NCBI GenBank assembly: GCA_934149245.1
Contig: CAKPER010000004.1
Coordinates: forward strand, 3,757-67,756
Length of the DNA: 64,000 bases
Reading direction: 5' to 3'
Source: an uncultured Bacilli bacterium
GTDB lineage: Bacteria; Bacillota_I; Bacilli_A; RF39; UBA660
Within the stretch, counting starts at the first letter, position 1. The number at the start of each line of letters is the position of its first letter. The notes below the pieces were generated by a model. The model was not told the DNA's origin. It did no database searches and saw nothing but the letters and a program-made list of their open reading frames with translations. Below, one piece after another: positions 46,053 through 55,610 of the stretch. Position numbers and translations under genes: made by a program.

Positions 46053-46373
46053 GTGATTAGGGTGGCTAAGAAAAAATCGAAATATACAATAAAAACTAAG
46101 GGAAGAATGTTTATTATTTTTATGTTTTTTTTATCAATTATATCTACTTTAAGTTATACTTTGTTTACTAATTTAAAGCAAATTAATGATATTAGGATGG
46201 AAAAGAGGTCTTTGAATAAGGAAAAGAGTTCTTTAGTTGAGAAACAGGAATCTTTGAAGGCTGATATTGAGAAACTTTCAGATTCTGAATATATTGCTAA
46301 ATATGCTAGAGAAAAATATTTTTATTCAAAGCAAGGAGAAATTATTCTTCGAATTGATGATACTAAAAATTAA
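46053..46373 (+). CDS. divIC: Septum formation initiator DivIC/FtsB family protein
   Basis: Single TM helix followed by a coiled coil, then the conserved tail EYIAKYAREKYFYSKQGEII. yabP-yabQ-divIC synteny supports it. The start codon is uncertain. Confidence 0.75.
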   Translation: MIRVAKKKSKYTIKTKGRMFIIFMFFLSIISTLSYTLFTNLKQINDIRMEKRSLNKEKSSLVEKQESLKADIEKLSDSEYIAKYAREKYFYSKQGEIILRIDDTKN

Positions 46374-46386
46374 AAAGAGTCTGTTA

Positions 46387-48273
46387 TTATTCAGATTCTT
46401 TTTCTTCTTTTTCTTTACTAACTGTTTTTGTATCATCATTTGGTAGATGACCAGTTTTTACTAATGAATCAATTTGTTCTTTGGTTATTGTTTCTTCTTC
46501 TAATAATGTTGTTGCAATTAATTCTAGTAAATCTTCATTTTCTTTTATAAGTTTTTTGGTTTTTTCATAGCAATTATTTATTATGTTTCTCATTTCTTCA
46601 TCTATTTCATGAGCTACTATATCAGAAATGTTTCTATTTTTAGTATAGTCTCTTCCTAAGAATGTATTTCCAGATGGTTCTTCTAACATCATTGGTCCTA
46701 GTTTACTCATTCCATATTCTGTTACCATACTTCTTGCTATTTTAGTTGCTTTTTTAAAGTCATCATGAGCTCCAGTAGTAACTTCTTTGAATTTTACTTC
46801 TTCAGCAACTCTACCACCTAATAGACCACAAATTGACTCTAGTAATTCATCTTTTGTATAATTAAATGTTTCTTCTTTTGGAGTCATCATTGTATATCCA
46901 CCAGCTTGTCCTCTTGGGATAATAGTTATTTTTTGGACATCGTTAGCTCCTTCAAGTTTTAAACCTACAACTGCATGTCCTGCTTCATGATAGGCTACTA
47001 GTTTCTTTTCTTTATCAGTATATTTTTTTGTTACTTTTGCTGGTCCCATTATAACTCTATCTGTTGCTTCATCTATTTCGTTCATTGTTATACATTTTTT
47101 ACCTCTTCTTACGGTTAGAAGGGCTGCTTCATTTAAAAGATTTTCTAAATCTGCACCACTAAATCCTGGTGTTCTTTTAGCTAAATATTCTAAAGTTATA
47201 TTTTTATCTAGAGTTTTATTTTTAGCATGAACTTTTAAGATTTCAACTCTAGCATTTTTATCTGGTAGACCAACTGTTACTTGTCTATCAAATCTACCTG
47301 GTCTAAGAAGTGCTGGGTCTAAGACATCTGGTCTATTTGTTGCGGCTATTACAATTATTCCTTCATGAGGACCAAAGCCGTCCATTTCTGTAAGTAGTTG
47401 ATTTAATGTTTGTTCTCTTTCATCGTGTCCACCACCTAAACCAGTTCCTCTTTGTCTTCCTACAGCATCAATTTCATCTATAAAGATTAAACATGGTGCA
47501 TTCATTTTTGCTTGTTTAAACATATCTCTAACTCTTGCTGCTCCAATTCCAACGAAAAGTTCAACAAAGTCAGAACCACTTATATAGTAAAATGGTACTT
47601 TTGCTTCTCCAGCTACAGCACGTGCTAGTAATGTTTTACCTGTTCCTGGAGGGCCTACTAGTAATACACCTTTTGGAATACGTGCACCCATAGCTTGGAA
47701 TTTTTTAGGACTTTTTAAAAAGTCAATTAATTCTTTTACTTCTTCTTTTTCTTCTGTTAATCCAGCAACATCTTTAAATGTTGTTTTTGTTCCTTCTTCT
47801 AGAAGTTTTGCTTTGCTTTTGCCAAAGTCTATTGATTTATTGCTACCACCTATTTGTCTAGTAAATAGCCAGAATAGCATACCAGCAAGAATTGCTAATG
47901 GAACTATATCCACTAGAACAGTTATCCATTCAGATGCTTCTGGGTCTTTTGCGACATCTAATTCAAATTTTTGATTATCAGCAGCTTTTGTTATTTTTGA
48001 TAAAAATTCATCTGATTGTGGAATGCTTAGTGTAAAATATTCTTTTTCTTCATAACCCTTTAATTTTCCAGATATATCATATGTTTTGGTTCTGGTTTTG
48101 GGAGTAATTTCTATCTCGGTTATTTTTTTGTCATTTAGCGAGCTTACAAACTCATCATATGTTAATTTGTTTATTTTTGTGTTGAATGAGTTAAAAGCAA
48201 ATAAACAAATTAATATAAAAACAAATAAAAATACATATGGGAATAATCCTTTCTTAACTGTTTTTTTGTTCAT
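46387..48273 (-). CDS. ftsH: ATP-dependent zinc metalloprotease FtsH
   Basis: The preferred start is the ATG at 48273 (GGAGG 6 nt upstream; the earlier MKRRKI codons are the SD itself). Walker [12 protein letters not shown] region, HEAGH zinc site. Confidence 0.97.
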   Translation of the reverse strand: MNKKTVKKGLFPYVFLFVFILICLFAFNSFNTKINKLTYDEFVSSLNDKKITEIEITPKTRTKTYDISGKLKGYEEKEYFTLSIPQSDEFLSKITKAADNQKFELDVAKDPEASEWITVLVDIVPLAILAGMLFWLFTRQIGGSNKSIDFGKSKAKLLEEGTKTTFKDVAGLTEEKEEVKELIDFLKSPKKFQAMGARIPKGVLLVGPPGTGKTLLARAVAGEAKVPFYYISGSDFVELFVGIGAARVRDMFKQAKMNAPCLIFIDEIDAVGRQRGTGLGGGHDEREQTLNQLLTEMDGFGPHEGIIVIAATNRPDVLDPALLRPGRFDRQVTVGLPDKNARVEILKVHAKNKTLDKNITLEYLAKRTPGFSGADLENLLNEAALLTVRRGKKCITMNEIDEATDRVIMGPAKVTKKYTDKEKKLVAYHEAGHAVVGLKLEGANDVQKITIIPRGQAGGYTMMTPKEETFNYTKDELLESICGLLGGRVAEEVKFKEVTTGAHDDFKKATKIARSMVTEYGMSKLGPMMLEEPSGNTFLGRDYTKNRNISDIVAHEIDEEMRNIINNCYEKTKKLIKENEDLLELIATTLLEEETITKEQIDSLVKTGHLPNDDTKTVSKEKEEKESE

Positions 48274-49588
48274 AATTTTCCTCCTTTTCACAGTACTTAA
48301 GTATTATATCACAGAATTGTTCCTTTGGTCTATTAAATTTGGACTTTTTTATGTTTGGTATCCATAATATTGAATCGTTATCATCAACAAGTAATGGGTA
48401 TTTATCTCTTAATGTGATGGGAATTTTTTTGTCTATGAAAATATCTTTGATTTTTTTCTTACCATTTAGTCCTTTTATTTCAATGTAATCACCGTTTTTT
48501 CTATTTCTAAGATATAGTGGTAATTTGATATCTTTAGAGTTTAGTCTACAAATGTCATTACCATCATCTATTTCCTCGTTTACTTTAATTATGGTTATAT
48601 TGTTTACGGTTGTTATGTTTTGTAATTTTATTTTATAATTAATTTTTTCTTCTTTTTGTTTAATAGAAATTGTATTATATTCTTTTTGACAAATAGAATT
48701 TTTAGGAAGATCTATTATAAGGTTTGGTTTGTTATTATTTATCATATTGATTATATCAGTTATATTTTTTTCTTTTATTATATTAGGTTTGTTGCTATAA
48801 TATTTAGTTAATATTGAAAAAATGATGTTTTTTTGAATTAGGTGGTCTATTTTATCAAAGTTAGATATATCTAATTTTTTGTTCTTATATAATTTATTTA
48901 GATAATTATCTGTAATTTTATTTATATAATTATTGTATTCTAGTAATGTTTTTGAAAATTTCAGAAATTGGGCATGTATATTTTCATTTTCAGATTTTAA
49001 AAGTGGTAATATTTGATTTCTTATTCTGTTTCTGGTGTAGTTGTTATCAAAATTAGATTTATCAATATAGTATTTTATGTTATTTTTTTTGTTGTAATCA
49101 ATTAGATCTTTTTTAGTATATTTTAAAAATGGTCTTACTATATAATAATCGTTGTGTTTTACTATTTCTTTTATGCCAGCATATCCTTCTAGCGTAGAAC
49201 CATGGTTTATTTTCATTAAAATTGTTTCTATTAAATCATCACCATGATGTGCGAGAAAGATATATTTTGTGTTATATTTTTTTAGAATTTCTTCATAAAA
49301 ATGATAGCGTTTATTTCTTGCTTCATTTTCAAAGTTATTTTCATTGTAACTTTTAATTTTTTTACATTCAAATATGATATCGTTTTTTTGGCAATAATTT
49401 TTTAGATAAAGTTCCTCTTCTTTACTTTCTTTTCTTTTATTATGGTTTATATGAGCACAAACTATTTTCTTTTGGGTATTATTTTTTAGATAATGTAATA
49501 GTGCCATAGAATCTGGGCCAGATGAACAGCCAATTATAATATATTTTTCTTTTTCTAGATTTATATTGATATTTACATTATTTAGCAT
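48254..49588 (-). CDS. tilS: tRNA(Ile)-lysidine synthase TilS
   Basis: PP-loop GCSSGPDSMAL. 444 aa. Its 3' end overlaps the ftsH start by about 20 nt. Confidence 0.9.
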   Translation of the reverse strand: MLNNVNININLEKEKYIIIGCSSGPDSMALLHYLKNNTQKKIVCAHINHNKRKESKEEELYLKNYCQKNDIIFECKKIKSYNENNFENEARNKRYHFYEEILKKYNTKYIFLAHHGDDLIETILMKINHGSTLEGYAGIKEIVKHNDYYIVRPFLKYTKKDLIDYNKKNNIKYYIDKSNFDNNYTRNRIRNQILPLLKSENENIHAQFLKFSKTLLEYNNYINKITDNYLNKLYKNKKLDISNFDKIDHLIQKNIIFSILTKYYSNKPNIIKEKNITDIINMINNNKPNLIIDLPKNSICQKEYNTISIKQKEEKINYKIKLQNITTVNNITIIKVNEEIDDGNDICRLNSKDIKLPLYLRNRKNGDYIEIKGLNGKKKIKDIFIDKKIPITLRDKYPLLVDDNDSILWIPNIKKSKFNRPKEQFCDIILKYCEKEENYEQKNS

Positions 49589-49677
49589 TTATATTCCTTC
49601 TTTCTTTTTTTGATAATTATATCAAAAAATCATAATAAAAACAAAAATTATTGATGATATGTTTGGGATAGAAATGT

Positions 49678-49706
49678 TTGACAAATTTTGGAATAGAGAA
49701 TATAAT
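49678..49706 (+). promoter_or_regulatory. Consensus SigA-type promoter
   Basis: TTGACA (49678-49683), an exact 17-nt spacer, then TATAAT (49701-49706). It lies upstream of the 140-aa ORF and soj-spo0J. Confidence 0.6.
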
Positions 49707-49732
49707 TTTGGAGAGGTGTACTGTAATAAGTT

Positions 49733-50155
49733 ATGGAGCAGTTTTATAAAATTAAGTATTCTGGTGTAATAGCTACATTGTTATTATATAAAAGAGAAAT
49801 AACAGCTATTGATATTATTAATTTTTGTAGTAAAATTTCTGATGAATATGAAGTTGTTGATGATGGAATTCAAGATCTCTTTGAATGTGTTGAAGTAGAT
49901 AGTCAATTTAATTTTAGAATAAAAAAGTATTTGGATTATTATTCTATATTAAAAAATGGAAAAACTGTTTTAGAATTTTTAAACAGTAAAGCTTTAATGG
50001 ATTTAATTTATATTTATGTTGATATGGAAAAGGAAACTGAGATTGTTCAATCATCAAGGAAAGATTTTGAGTTTAAAGGTAAAATTTTTGATATAAAAGG
50101 TAAAATTTGTAAAAAATGTAGAAAAATTAGACCAATGTTTATGAAACAGGCATAA
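49733..50155 (+). CDS. Hypothetical 140-aa protein with basic Cys-containing tail (KGKICKKCRKIRPMFMKQA)
   Basis: ORF in the gene-direction frame with a consensus promoter upstream. No family is recognised and the SD spacing is poor. Confidence 0.45.
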   Translation: MEQFYKIKYSGVIATLLLYKREITAIDIINFCSKISDEYEVVDDGIQDLFECVEVDSQFNFRIKKYLDYYSILKNGKTVLEFLNSKALMDLIYIYVDMEKETEIVQSSRKDFEFKGKIFDIKGKICKKCRKIRPMFMKQA

Positions 50156-50241
50156 AGTAGGAAGATATATTTTATAAAATCTCTTTATTTTTGCTGTGAA
50201 ATTTGATACAATGGATTATGTAGGAGATAAGGGTGAGTATT

Positions 50242-51039
50242 ATGGGAAAGGTAATAGCAATTGTAAATCAAAAAGGTGGTGTAGGCAAAACAACTACTAG
50301 CATTAATTTGGCTGCTTCTTTGGGAGCCTTAAAAAAGAAAGTTTTGTTGGTTGATTTAGATCCACAAGGAAATGCAACGACTGGTGTTGGTATTAATAAA
50401 GGTGATATTAATAGTAGTATTTATGAGGTTTTAGTGATGAAGACACCTATAGAAAAAGCAATTGTTAAAACTAAAACTAAAAATTTAAGTGTGTTACCCG
50501 CATATTTAAATTTAGCTGGTGTTGATATGGAACTTATTGAAATAGAAAAACAATATCGTCAAAAAGGTGAGAAGTTTAATAGAGTACTTAGGTTAAAAGA
50601 AGAACTTGGTAAAGTTAAGGATAGGTATGACTTTATTTTAATAGATTGCCCTCCTTCTTTGGGAATTTTGACAACTAATGCTTTAGGTGCTTCTGATAGT
50701 GTACTTATTCCTGTTCAATGTGAATATTTTGCTTTAGAAGGAATTATGCAACTTATAAATACTATAATGTTAGCCCAAAAAAAGGTAAATCCTAATCTTG
50801 ATATAGAAGGGGTTTTATTGACTATGTTGACTACTAATACAAATTTAGGGTTAGAGGTTGTTGAAAGTATAAAAGGATTCTTTAAAGAAAGAGTTTATGA
50901 CACTATAATTCCGAGATTAATAAGATTAGCTGAGGCACCTTCGCATGGAAAGCCGATTTTAGAATATGAACCTAGAAGTAAGGGAACTGAGGCTTATTTG
51001 AATTTAGCTAAGGAGGTTATTGATAAAAATGGAGCATAA
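50242..51039 (+). CDS. soj: Chromosome partitioning ATPase Soj/ParA
   Basis: Deviant Walker [12 protein letters not shown]. Full-length ParA pattern ([17 protein letters not shown]). The preferred start is ATG 50242 ([13 protein letters not shown]). Confidence 0.95.
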   Translation: MGKVIAIVNQKGGVGKTTTSINLAASLGALKKKVLLVDLDPQGNATTGVGINKGDINSSIYEVLVMKTPIEKAIVKTKTKNLSVLPAYLNLAGVDMELIEIEKQYRQKGEKFNRVLRLKEELGKVKDRYDFILIDCPPSLGILTTNALGASDSVLIPVQCEYFALEGIMQLINTIMLAQKKVNPNLDIEGVLLTMLTTNTNLGLEVVESIKGFFKERVYDTIIPRLIRLAEAPSHGKPILEYEPRSKGTEAYLNLAKEVIDKNGA

Positions 51040-51910
51040 AAGACAAGCTCTTGGTAAGGGGTTAGAGCAGTTATTTAGTAGTGAGGTTTTGGATTTTGAT
51101 TCTTTTGAAGATAATATAATGGAAAATGCTAAGGAATCTGATATTATACAAATTCCTGTTGAAGATATTAGGCCAAATCCATATCAGCCTAGAAGAAGTT
51201 TTGATCAACAAGCTTTAGATGAATTGGCTACTTCTATTAAAAATTATGGTGTGTTCCAACCTATTATAGTAAAGAAAAGTATAAAAGGTTATGATTTAGT
51301 TGCTGGAGAAAGAAGACTTAGAGCTTGTAAATTAGCTGGTCTTGATACTATACCTGCAATAGTAAAAGATTTTTCTGATGAGGAGATGCGTGAGATAGCT
51401 CTTTTGGAAAATCTACAAAGAGAGAATTTAACTTCTATTGAGCTTGCTTGGGCATACAAAGGAATAATTGATAGTTTGCATATTAGACAAGAAGATTTAG
51501 CAGCAAAAATAGGAAAGAGTAGAAGTCATGTTACAAATACTTTAGGATTATTGAATTTACCAAATGATGTTCAAGATATGGTACTTGATAATAAGTTGTC
51601 TATGGGACATGCTAGAGTACTTAGTAAGATGAAAGATGAAGACAAAGTAGAAGAATTGGCAAATAAGGTTGTTAAAGATAATATTAGTGTAAGAGATTTA
51701 GAAGATATTTCAAGTAAAAGTAATATTTCTAAGAGAGTTCAAGTTAATAGATTACCTAAAACCGAAAACCAATATAAGTATATTGAAAATGAATTAAGAG
51801 ATATACTTGGAACTAAGGTTAGAGTTGAAAATAAAAAAATTGAGATTTTTTTCGAATCTTCTGTTGATTTGACAAGGATATTAGATATTTTGAATGTTAA
51901 TGTTGATTAA
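51029..51910 (+). CDS. spo0J: Chromosome partitioning protein Spo0J/ParB
   Basis: [11 protein letters not shown]-terminus, ParB boxes [15 protein letters not shown] and ENLQRENL, an HTH, and the C-terminal [16 protein letters not shown]. Confidence 0.93.
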   Translation: MEHKRQALGKGLEQLFSSEVLDFDSFEDNIMENAKESDIIQIPVEDIRPNPYQPRRSFDQQALDELATSIKNYGVFQPIIVKKSIKGYDLVAGERRLRACKLAGLDTIPAIVKDFSDEEMREIALLENLQRENLTSIELAWAYKGIIDSLHIRQEDLAAKIGKSRSHVTNTLGLLNLPNDVQDMVLDNKLSMGHARVLSKMKDEDKVEELANKVVKDNISVRDLEDISSKSNISKRVQVNRLPKTENQYKYIENELRDILGTKVRVENKKIEIFFESSVDLTRILDILNVNVD

Positions 51911-51955
51911 GAATATTTGATGTATGAAGTTAATTTTTTTAAATTTTAATATGGT

Positions 51956-51989
51956 AAAACCCACATCTATAAATTTAGGTGTGGGTTTT
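51956..51989. terminator. Bidirectional intrinsic terminator between spo0J (+) and the FemAB gene (-)
   Basis: 12-bp stem: AAAACCCACATC (51956-51967) pairs with GGTGTGGGTTTT (51978-51989). An A-run and a T-run flank it. Confidence 0.75.
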
Positions 51990-52071
51990 ACTGTTTTATC
52001 AAACTTAGATTTTAAATAATATTAGCTGAAATTTTTTTCTGCTAAGTGTTATGTACTTAAGATATTTAATT

Positions 52072-53319
52072 CTATTTTTTTAATTTTCTATATATATGTA
52101 ATAATTTTGGCAATATTTTATACATAAATGGTTTGTTGATCAAGTCAAATTCGCCAATAAATTCTATATAGGTGTCTCCAAATTTTTTCTTATAAGCATG
52201 TAATCCTTTTAGATTTTTACAATTTGTATTTGGATCTCCAACGGTGCCATATAAATCTAAAAATCGATAATTATGATTGAAACAATATTCTATAGTTTCA
52301 AAATATATTCTATTTACTGCAAATAAATATTCTCCAAGTCGATTGTTTCCAATATACATTGTCCACATCATATCGTTAGCAATTCCATTAATAAGAGAAC
52401 AAATTGTTAAATTTTCTTCTTCTTTGTAAGGTTCAAACATTTTTAATTCTTTTTCTAGACGTTTTAATTTGTCTAAACTATCTGCTTTGTTTTTCTTTTT
52501 TATTAATCCTTTATCAAAATCATCTTTTATTTTTTCGTGATTTTTTAAAGTTTCTTCATATAACTCTTTTCCGTTTACACTTACATCAAATACTAGTATA
52601 TTTTTATATTTTTTTCCATATTCGTATAGCTTTTTGTAAAATTCATCAGAATATTGGATGAATTCATCTTTAGCAGCATTTGATTTGTTTAGTTCAAAGA
52701 AATGCTCCACATTACTATTTAAGTTTATTTTGAGGTTATAGCTATAACTTCTATGAACTGTTTGCATAAATGTTTTAGATATGCTTTTTTTTATGTCATC
52801 CATATTTTTATATTGTTCAAAATAGCGTCTGAATGTATATCTAGGTTCATTGTTTTCATATAATTTTACAAAGCCTTGGTGCTTGTATCCAAGATTAATG
52901 AGATTATTGAATATATCAATATTATTTTTTCCTTTTTCTATTCTATTTCCATCTTTATCAATTTCTTGGTACATTATTTCAGGGTTAATTTTTAAATATA
53001 TTGCGTTTGTTCTTTTTAAATACTTTTTTATTTCTTCTGTAAATATTTTTAATAATTCTTTATCTTTAAAATCTATTAAATAACCGCGAGAACAATAGTA
53101 ATAGCAAAGACCTAGTGGCATGTTTTTCTTTAGAAGTAAGGCTGCTGCTACTAAGTTGTTTTTTTCATCTTTTAATCCAATGTAGCAGGGGATTTTTCCT
53201 CTTGTTTCTTTGAAAGCTTTTCCCCATGCGTATGATTGTAGAAAATGGCTATATTTAAATGAATTAAAGAATTTTATATATTCTTCTTTTGGTACATTTT
53301 CAATAAATTTATATTTCAT
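52072..53319 (-). CDS. FemAB-family peptidoglycan aminoacyltransferase (FemX/MurM-like)
   Basis: N-terminal SHFLQSYAWGKAFKETRGK and an overall two-GNAT-lobe plus coiled-coil insert layout typical of FemABX. 415 aa. Confidence 0.85.
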   Translation of the reverse strand: MKYKFIENVPKEEYIKFFNSFKYSHFLQSYAWGKAFKETRGKIPCYIGLKDEKNNLVAAALLLKKNMPLGLCYYYCSRGYLIDFKDKELLKIFTEEIKKYLKRTNAIYLKINPEIMYQEIDKDGNRIEKGKNNIDIFNNLINLGYKHQGFVKLYENNEPRYTFRRYFEQYKNMDDIKKSISKTFMQTVHRSYSYNLKINLNSNVEHFFELNKSNAAKDEFIQYSDEFYKKLYEYGKKYKNILVFDVSVNGKELYEETLKNHEKIKDDFDKGLIKKKNKADSLDKLKRLEKELKMFEPYKEEENLTICSLINGIANDMMWTMYIGNNRLGEYLFAVNRIYFETIEYCFNHNYRFLDLYGTVGDPNTNCKNLKGLHAYKKKFGDTYIEFIGEFDLINKPFMYKILPKLLHIYRKLKK

Positions 53320-53321
53320 AA

Positions 53322-54164
53322 TTAATTATCTTTCCTTTCTCTTATGCTTCTATCTAATACGCCTTCTTTAAAAAAGTGTTGATAGTCTTTGGTATTGTTG
53401 AAATCTCCTCCCCATGACCAACCATATTCTTTGAAGATTTTATAAATTGTATCATTTCTTGTAATCATTCCTTTTATGTTTAATGTTCTATCTTTGTATT
53501 TGGTAGCAGTTTTAGGATAGATTTCATTTCCATATACGTAAGGATTATATAGTGGATTAATATCAATAGCTAAACCAAATGCATGCCATGACAAGTCGGT
53601 TTCTTCTTCTAAAATTCTGTAATTAAATGCAGATGTATTATTATCTTCCATTGATAATTCATCATCACAGTTATATTCTTCTACTAAGTTCATTTTTTCA
53701 ATTTGGTATTTTTCTTCAAATAGTTTGTAGAAAATTTCAACGACATCTTGGGCTACTAGCTTGTTTATAATTATTTCGCCTTCTTTAATTTCATTATCAA
53801 AGTTGTAATATTTTACCTTTACATATTTTAAGTCATCATAGCTAATTTTTGAATATCTTTCGTCGAACGATTTAGGAAAAGAGCAACCAGTTATTTTTTC
53901 TTTAACTTTTTCACTTAAATCTTCATAATAAAAACTATCTTTATATGTCACTTTGTTTAGTTGTTCTGGCTGTTTTTTATTTTCTTTTTTGATGACTGTC
54001 TTTTTATGAATTTTTTGGTTTTTATTATTTGTTATTTTTAGTTTTAGACTTTTATAAAAAATAAAAATAGATATAATTAGTAATAATGTTGTTATTATTA
54101 ATAAAATGATATTTTTATATTTTAACTTTTTTTTTCTTTTTTTCAATTTATACCACCTTATCAT
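53322..54164 (-). CDS. Membrane-anchored M15-family D-Ala-D-Ala peptidase-like protein
   Basis: N-terminal TM helix. The SxHxxGxAxD metal site is present as LSWHAFGLAIDINP, and a later WSWGGDF...DYQHF resembles the M15 C-terminal His motif. Confidence 0.7.
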   Translation of the reverse strand: MIRWYKLKKRKKKLKYKNIILLIITTLLLIISIFIFYKSLKLKITNNKNQKIHKKTVIKKENKKQPEQLNKVTYKDSFYYEDLSEKVKEKITGCSFPKSFDERYSKISYDDLKYVKVKYYNFDNEIKEGEIIINKLVAQDVVEIFYKLFEEKYQIEKMNLVEEYNCDDELSMEDNNTSAFNYRILEEETDLSWHAFGLAIDINPLYNPYVYGNEIYPKTATKYKDRTLNIKGMITRNDTIYKIFKEYGWSWGGDFNNTKDYQHFFKEGVLDRSIRERKDN

Positions 54165-54323
54165 AGATATTTTTTTTCATATAAAATTCTATCTAATAAA
54201 TAATATTTTGTCAAGATTGGTGCACTTAGATTGACTTATTTTGTCGATTGAAAAGAATTGTTTTTCTTAGTTTTGTGTATTACAATATTATTGTAGTAGA
54301 TATAGAATGTGAGGTTATTAATA

Positions 54324-54548
54324 ATGAATGCAAAAGTAAAATGGTTTAATAATGATAGGGGATATGGTTTTATAGAACACATGCCAGAAAATGATATTTT
54401 TGTTCACTATAGTGCAATTAAGATGAATGGTTATAAAACTTTGAATGAAGGCGATAGGGTTGATTTTGATCTGATTGAAACTCCTAAGGGCTTGCAAGCT
54501 ATTAATGTTAGATGTGATAGTAATCATAAAATTATAAATCTTAGCTAG
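54324..54548 (+). CDS. csp: Cold-shock protein (CspA family) with short C-terminal extension
   Basis: KVKWFNNDRGYGFI (RNP1) and DIFVHYS (RNP2). The preferred start is ATG 54324. Confidence 0.9.
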   Translation: MNAKVKWFNNDRGYGFIEHMPENDIFVHYSAIKMNGYKTLNEGDRVDFDLIETPKGLQAINVRCDSNHKIINLS

Positions 54549-54570
54549 TTAATTTTAAAACTAGTTTTTT

Positions 54571-55479
54571 TTATATCTTACTAATTTCTTCTAGTTTATT
54601 AATGATTTCTTTACCAAAATTCATACTTTTTAAAAATTTTGTATCATTTATAGAATAGTTGCGTCCTAATGAATCAAGTTCCAATATGGGCATTTCTATT
54701 ATTGTATTTTGTAGTGTTATTTTTAGGGTGATGGAATTACATTTATTTTGAAATCCAGTTATATTTTTTTTGCTTATTTGATTTTTAGTAATTATTGGAT
54801 TTCTATCAATTAATAGTTCGTAGTTTGTTATTTCACTTATGTTATATTTATAGTTGTTGTTATTTAAATGAAAAACTATATTTTTATTACAATCTATTGA
54901 TATACCAATATTATTTTCATTAATCTTTTGATATATTGGTACTATTCCACATAAGTATTTTGTTTCTTTTTCTATTTCTTTACTCCTATTTTCTTCTGAT
55001 AGTATTATTTTTAGAAAATTATTAATTTTTTCGTTATTACCATTAGCTTCTAATAAAATATTATTTATATTTATGATTTTGCTTAATAGATTGTTTTTGA
55101 TTATAGTGCAGTATTTGATATCTTGATATGATATGGTTTTGTATTTTTCAGTATTTGCTATCCAAATTGATCTTGAGGTAGCTACTAACCAATATTCTGT
55201 ATTAGTTTTTATTTCTTTAGTAAATATTATAGCTAGTAGTGTTTCGTTTTTGGGAATTAAGTTAGCAATAATATTAGCTTTATCTTTGTTTAAATCTGGG
55301 CAGTTGTTTAAAATCCAATGCACTTTATTTTCATTAAGGACCTTGTTTTGAATATTTATATTGGTTAGATTTTCAAATATTGTTGATGTTTCTATTAAAT
55401 TGTTATAGTTGTTATTTTCCTCTTTGATGTTTTTTAATTTATTTTTAATATTATCAATAAAATTATTACTCATATTCAT
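54571..55479 (-). CDS. Hypothetical N-rich 302-aa protein, possible bacterial PH-like domain in the N-terminal half
   Basis: The ORF fills the gap between two confident genes. The segment ETLLAIIFTKEIKTNTEYWLVATSRSIWIANTEKYKTISYQDIKYCTIIKNN resembles YokE-type bPH topology. No confident family assignment. Confidence 0.45.
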   Translation of the reverse strand: MNMSNNFIDNIKNKLKNIKEENNNYNNLIETSTIFENLTNINIQNKVLNENKVHWILNNCPDLNKDKANIIANLIPKNETLLAIIFTKEIKTNTEYWLVATSRSIWIANTEKYKTISYQDIKYCTIIKNNLLSKIININNILLEANGNNEKINNFLKIILSEENRSKEIEKETKYLCGIVPIYQKINENNIGISIDCNKNIVFHLNNNNYKYNISEITNYELLIDRNPIITKNQISKKNITGFQNKCNSITLKITLQNTIIEMPILELDSLGRNYSINDTKFLKSMNFGKEIINKLEEISKI

Positions 55480-55558
55480 TCTCCTTTGTTATTTTATTTA
55501 AATTTTAATATTATTTTATTTAAAAAGCAATGAATTTTTAAATTTTTTAAAATATTAT

Positions 55559-55586
55559 TTGAATAAATTGTGGATAATGGTATAAT
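55559..55586 (+). promoter_or_regulatory. serS promoter candidate with a perfect DnaA box in the spacer
   Basis: -35 TTGAAT at 55559-55564, a 16-nt spacer, -10 TATAAT at 55581-55586. TGTGGATAA (reverse complement of TTATCCACA) lies at 55569-55577. Confidence 0.45.
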
Positions 55587-55610
55587 AAATTTATGAAATG
55601 AGGGATGTTT

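Noticed and set aside
55480-55610. I looked for T-box or other riboswitch leaders upstream of serS, and also upstream of metG at 39545-39550.
   Set aside because: The serS leader is only about 25 nt after the -10 and shows no specifier or T-box sequence. metG abuts or overlaps dut, leaving no room for a leader.
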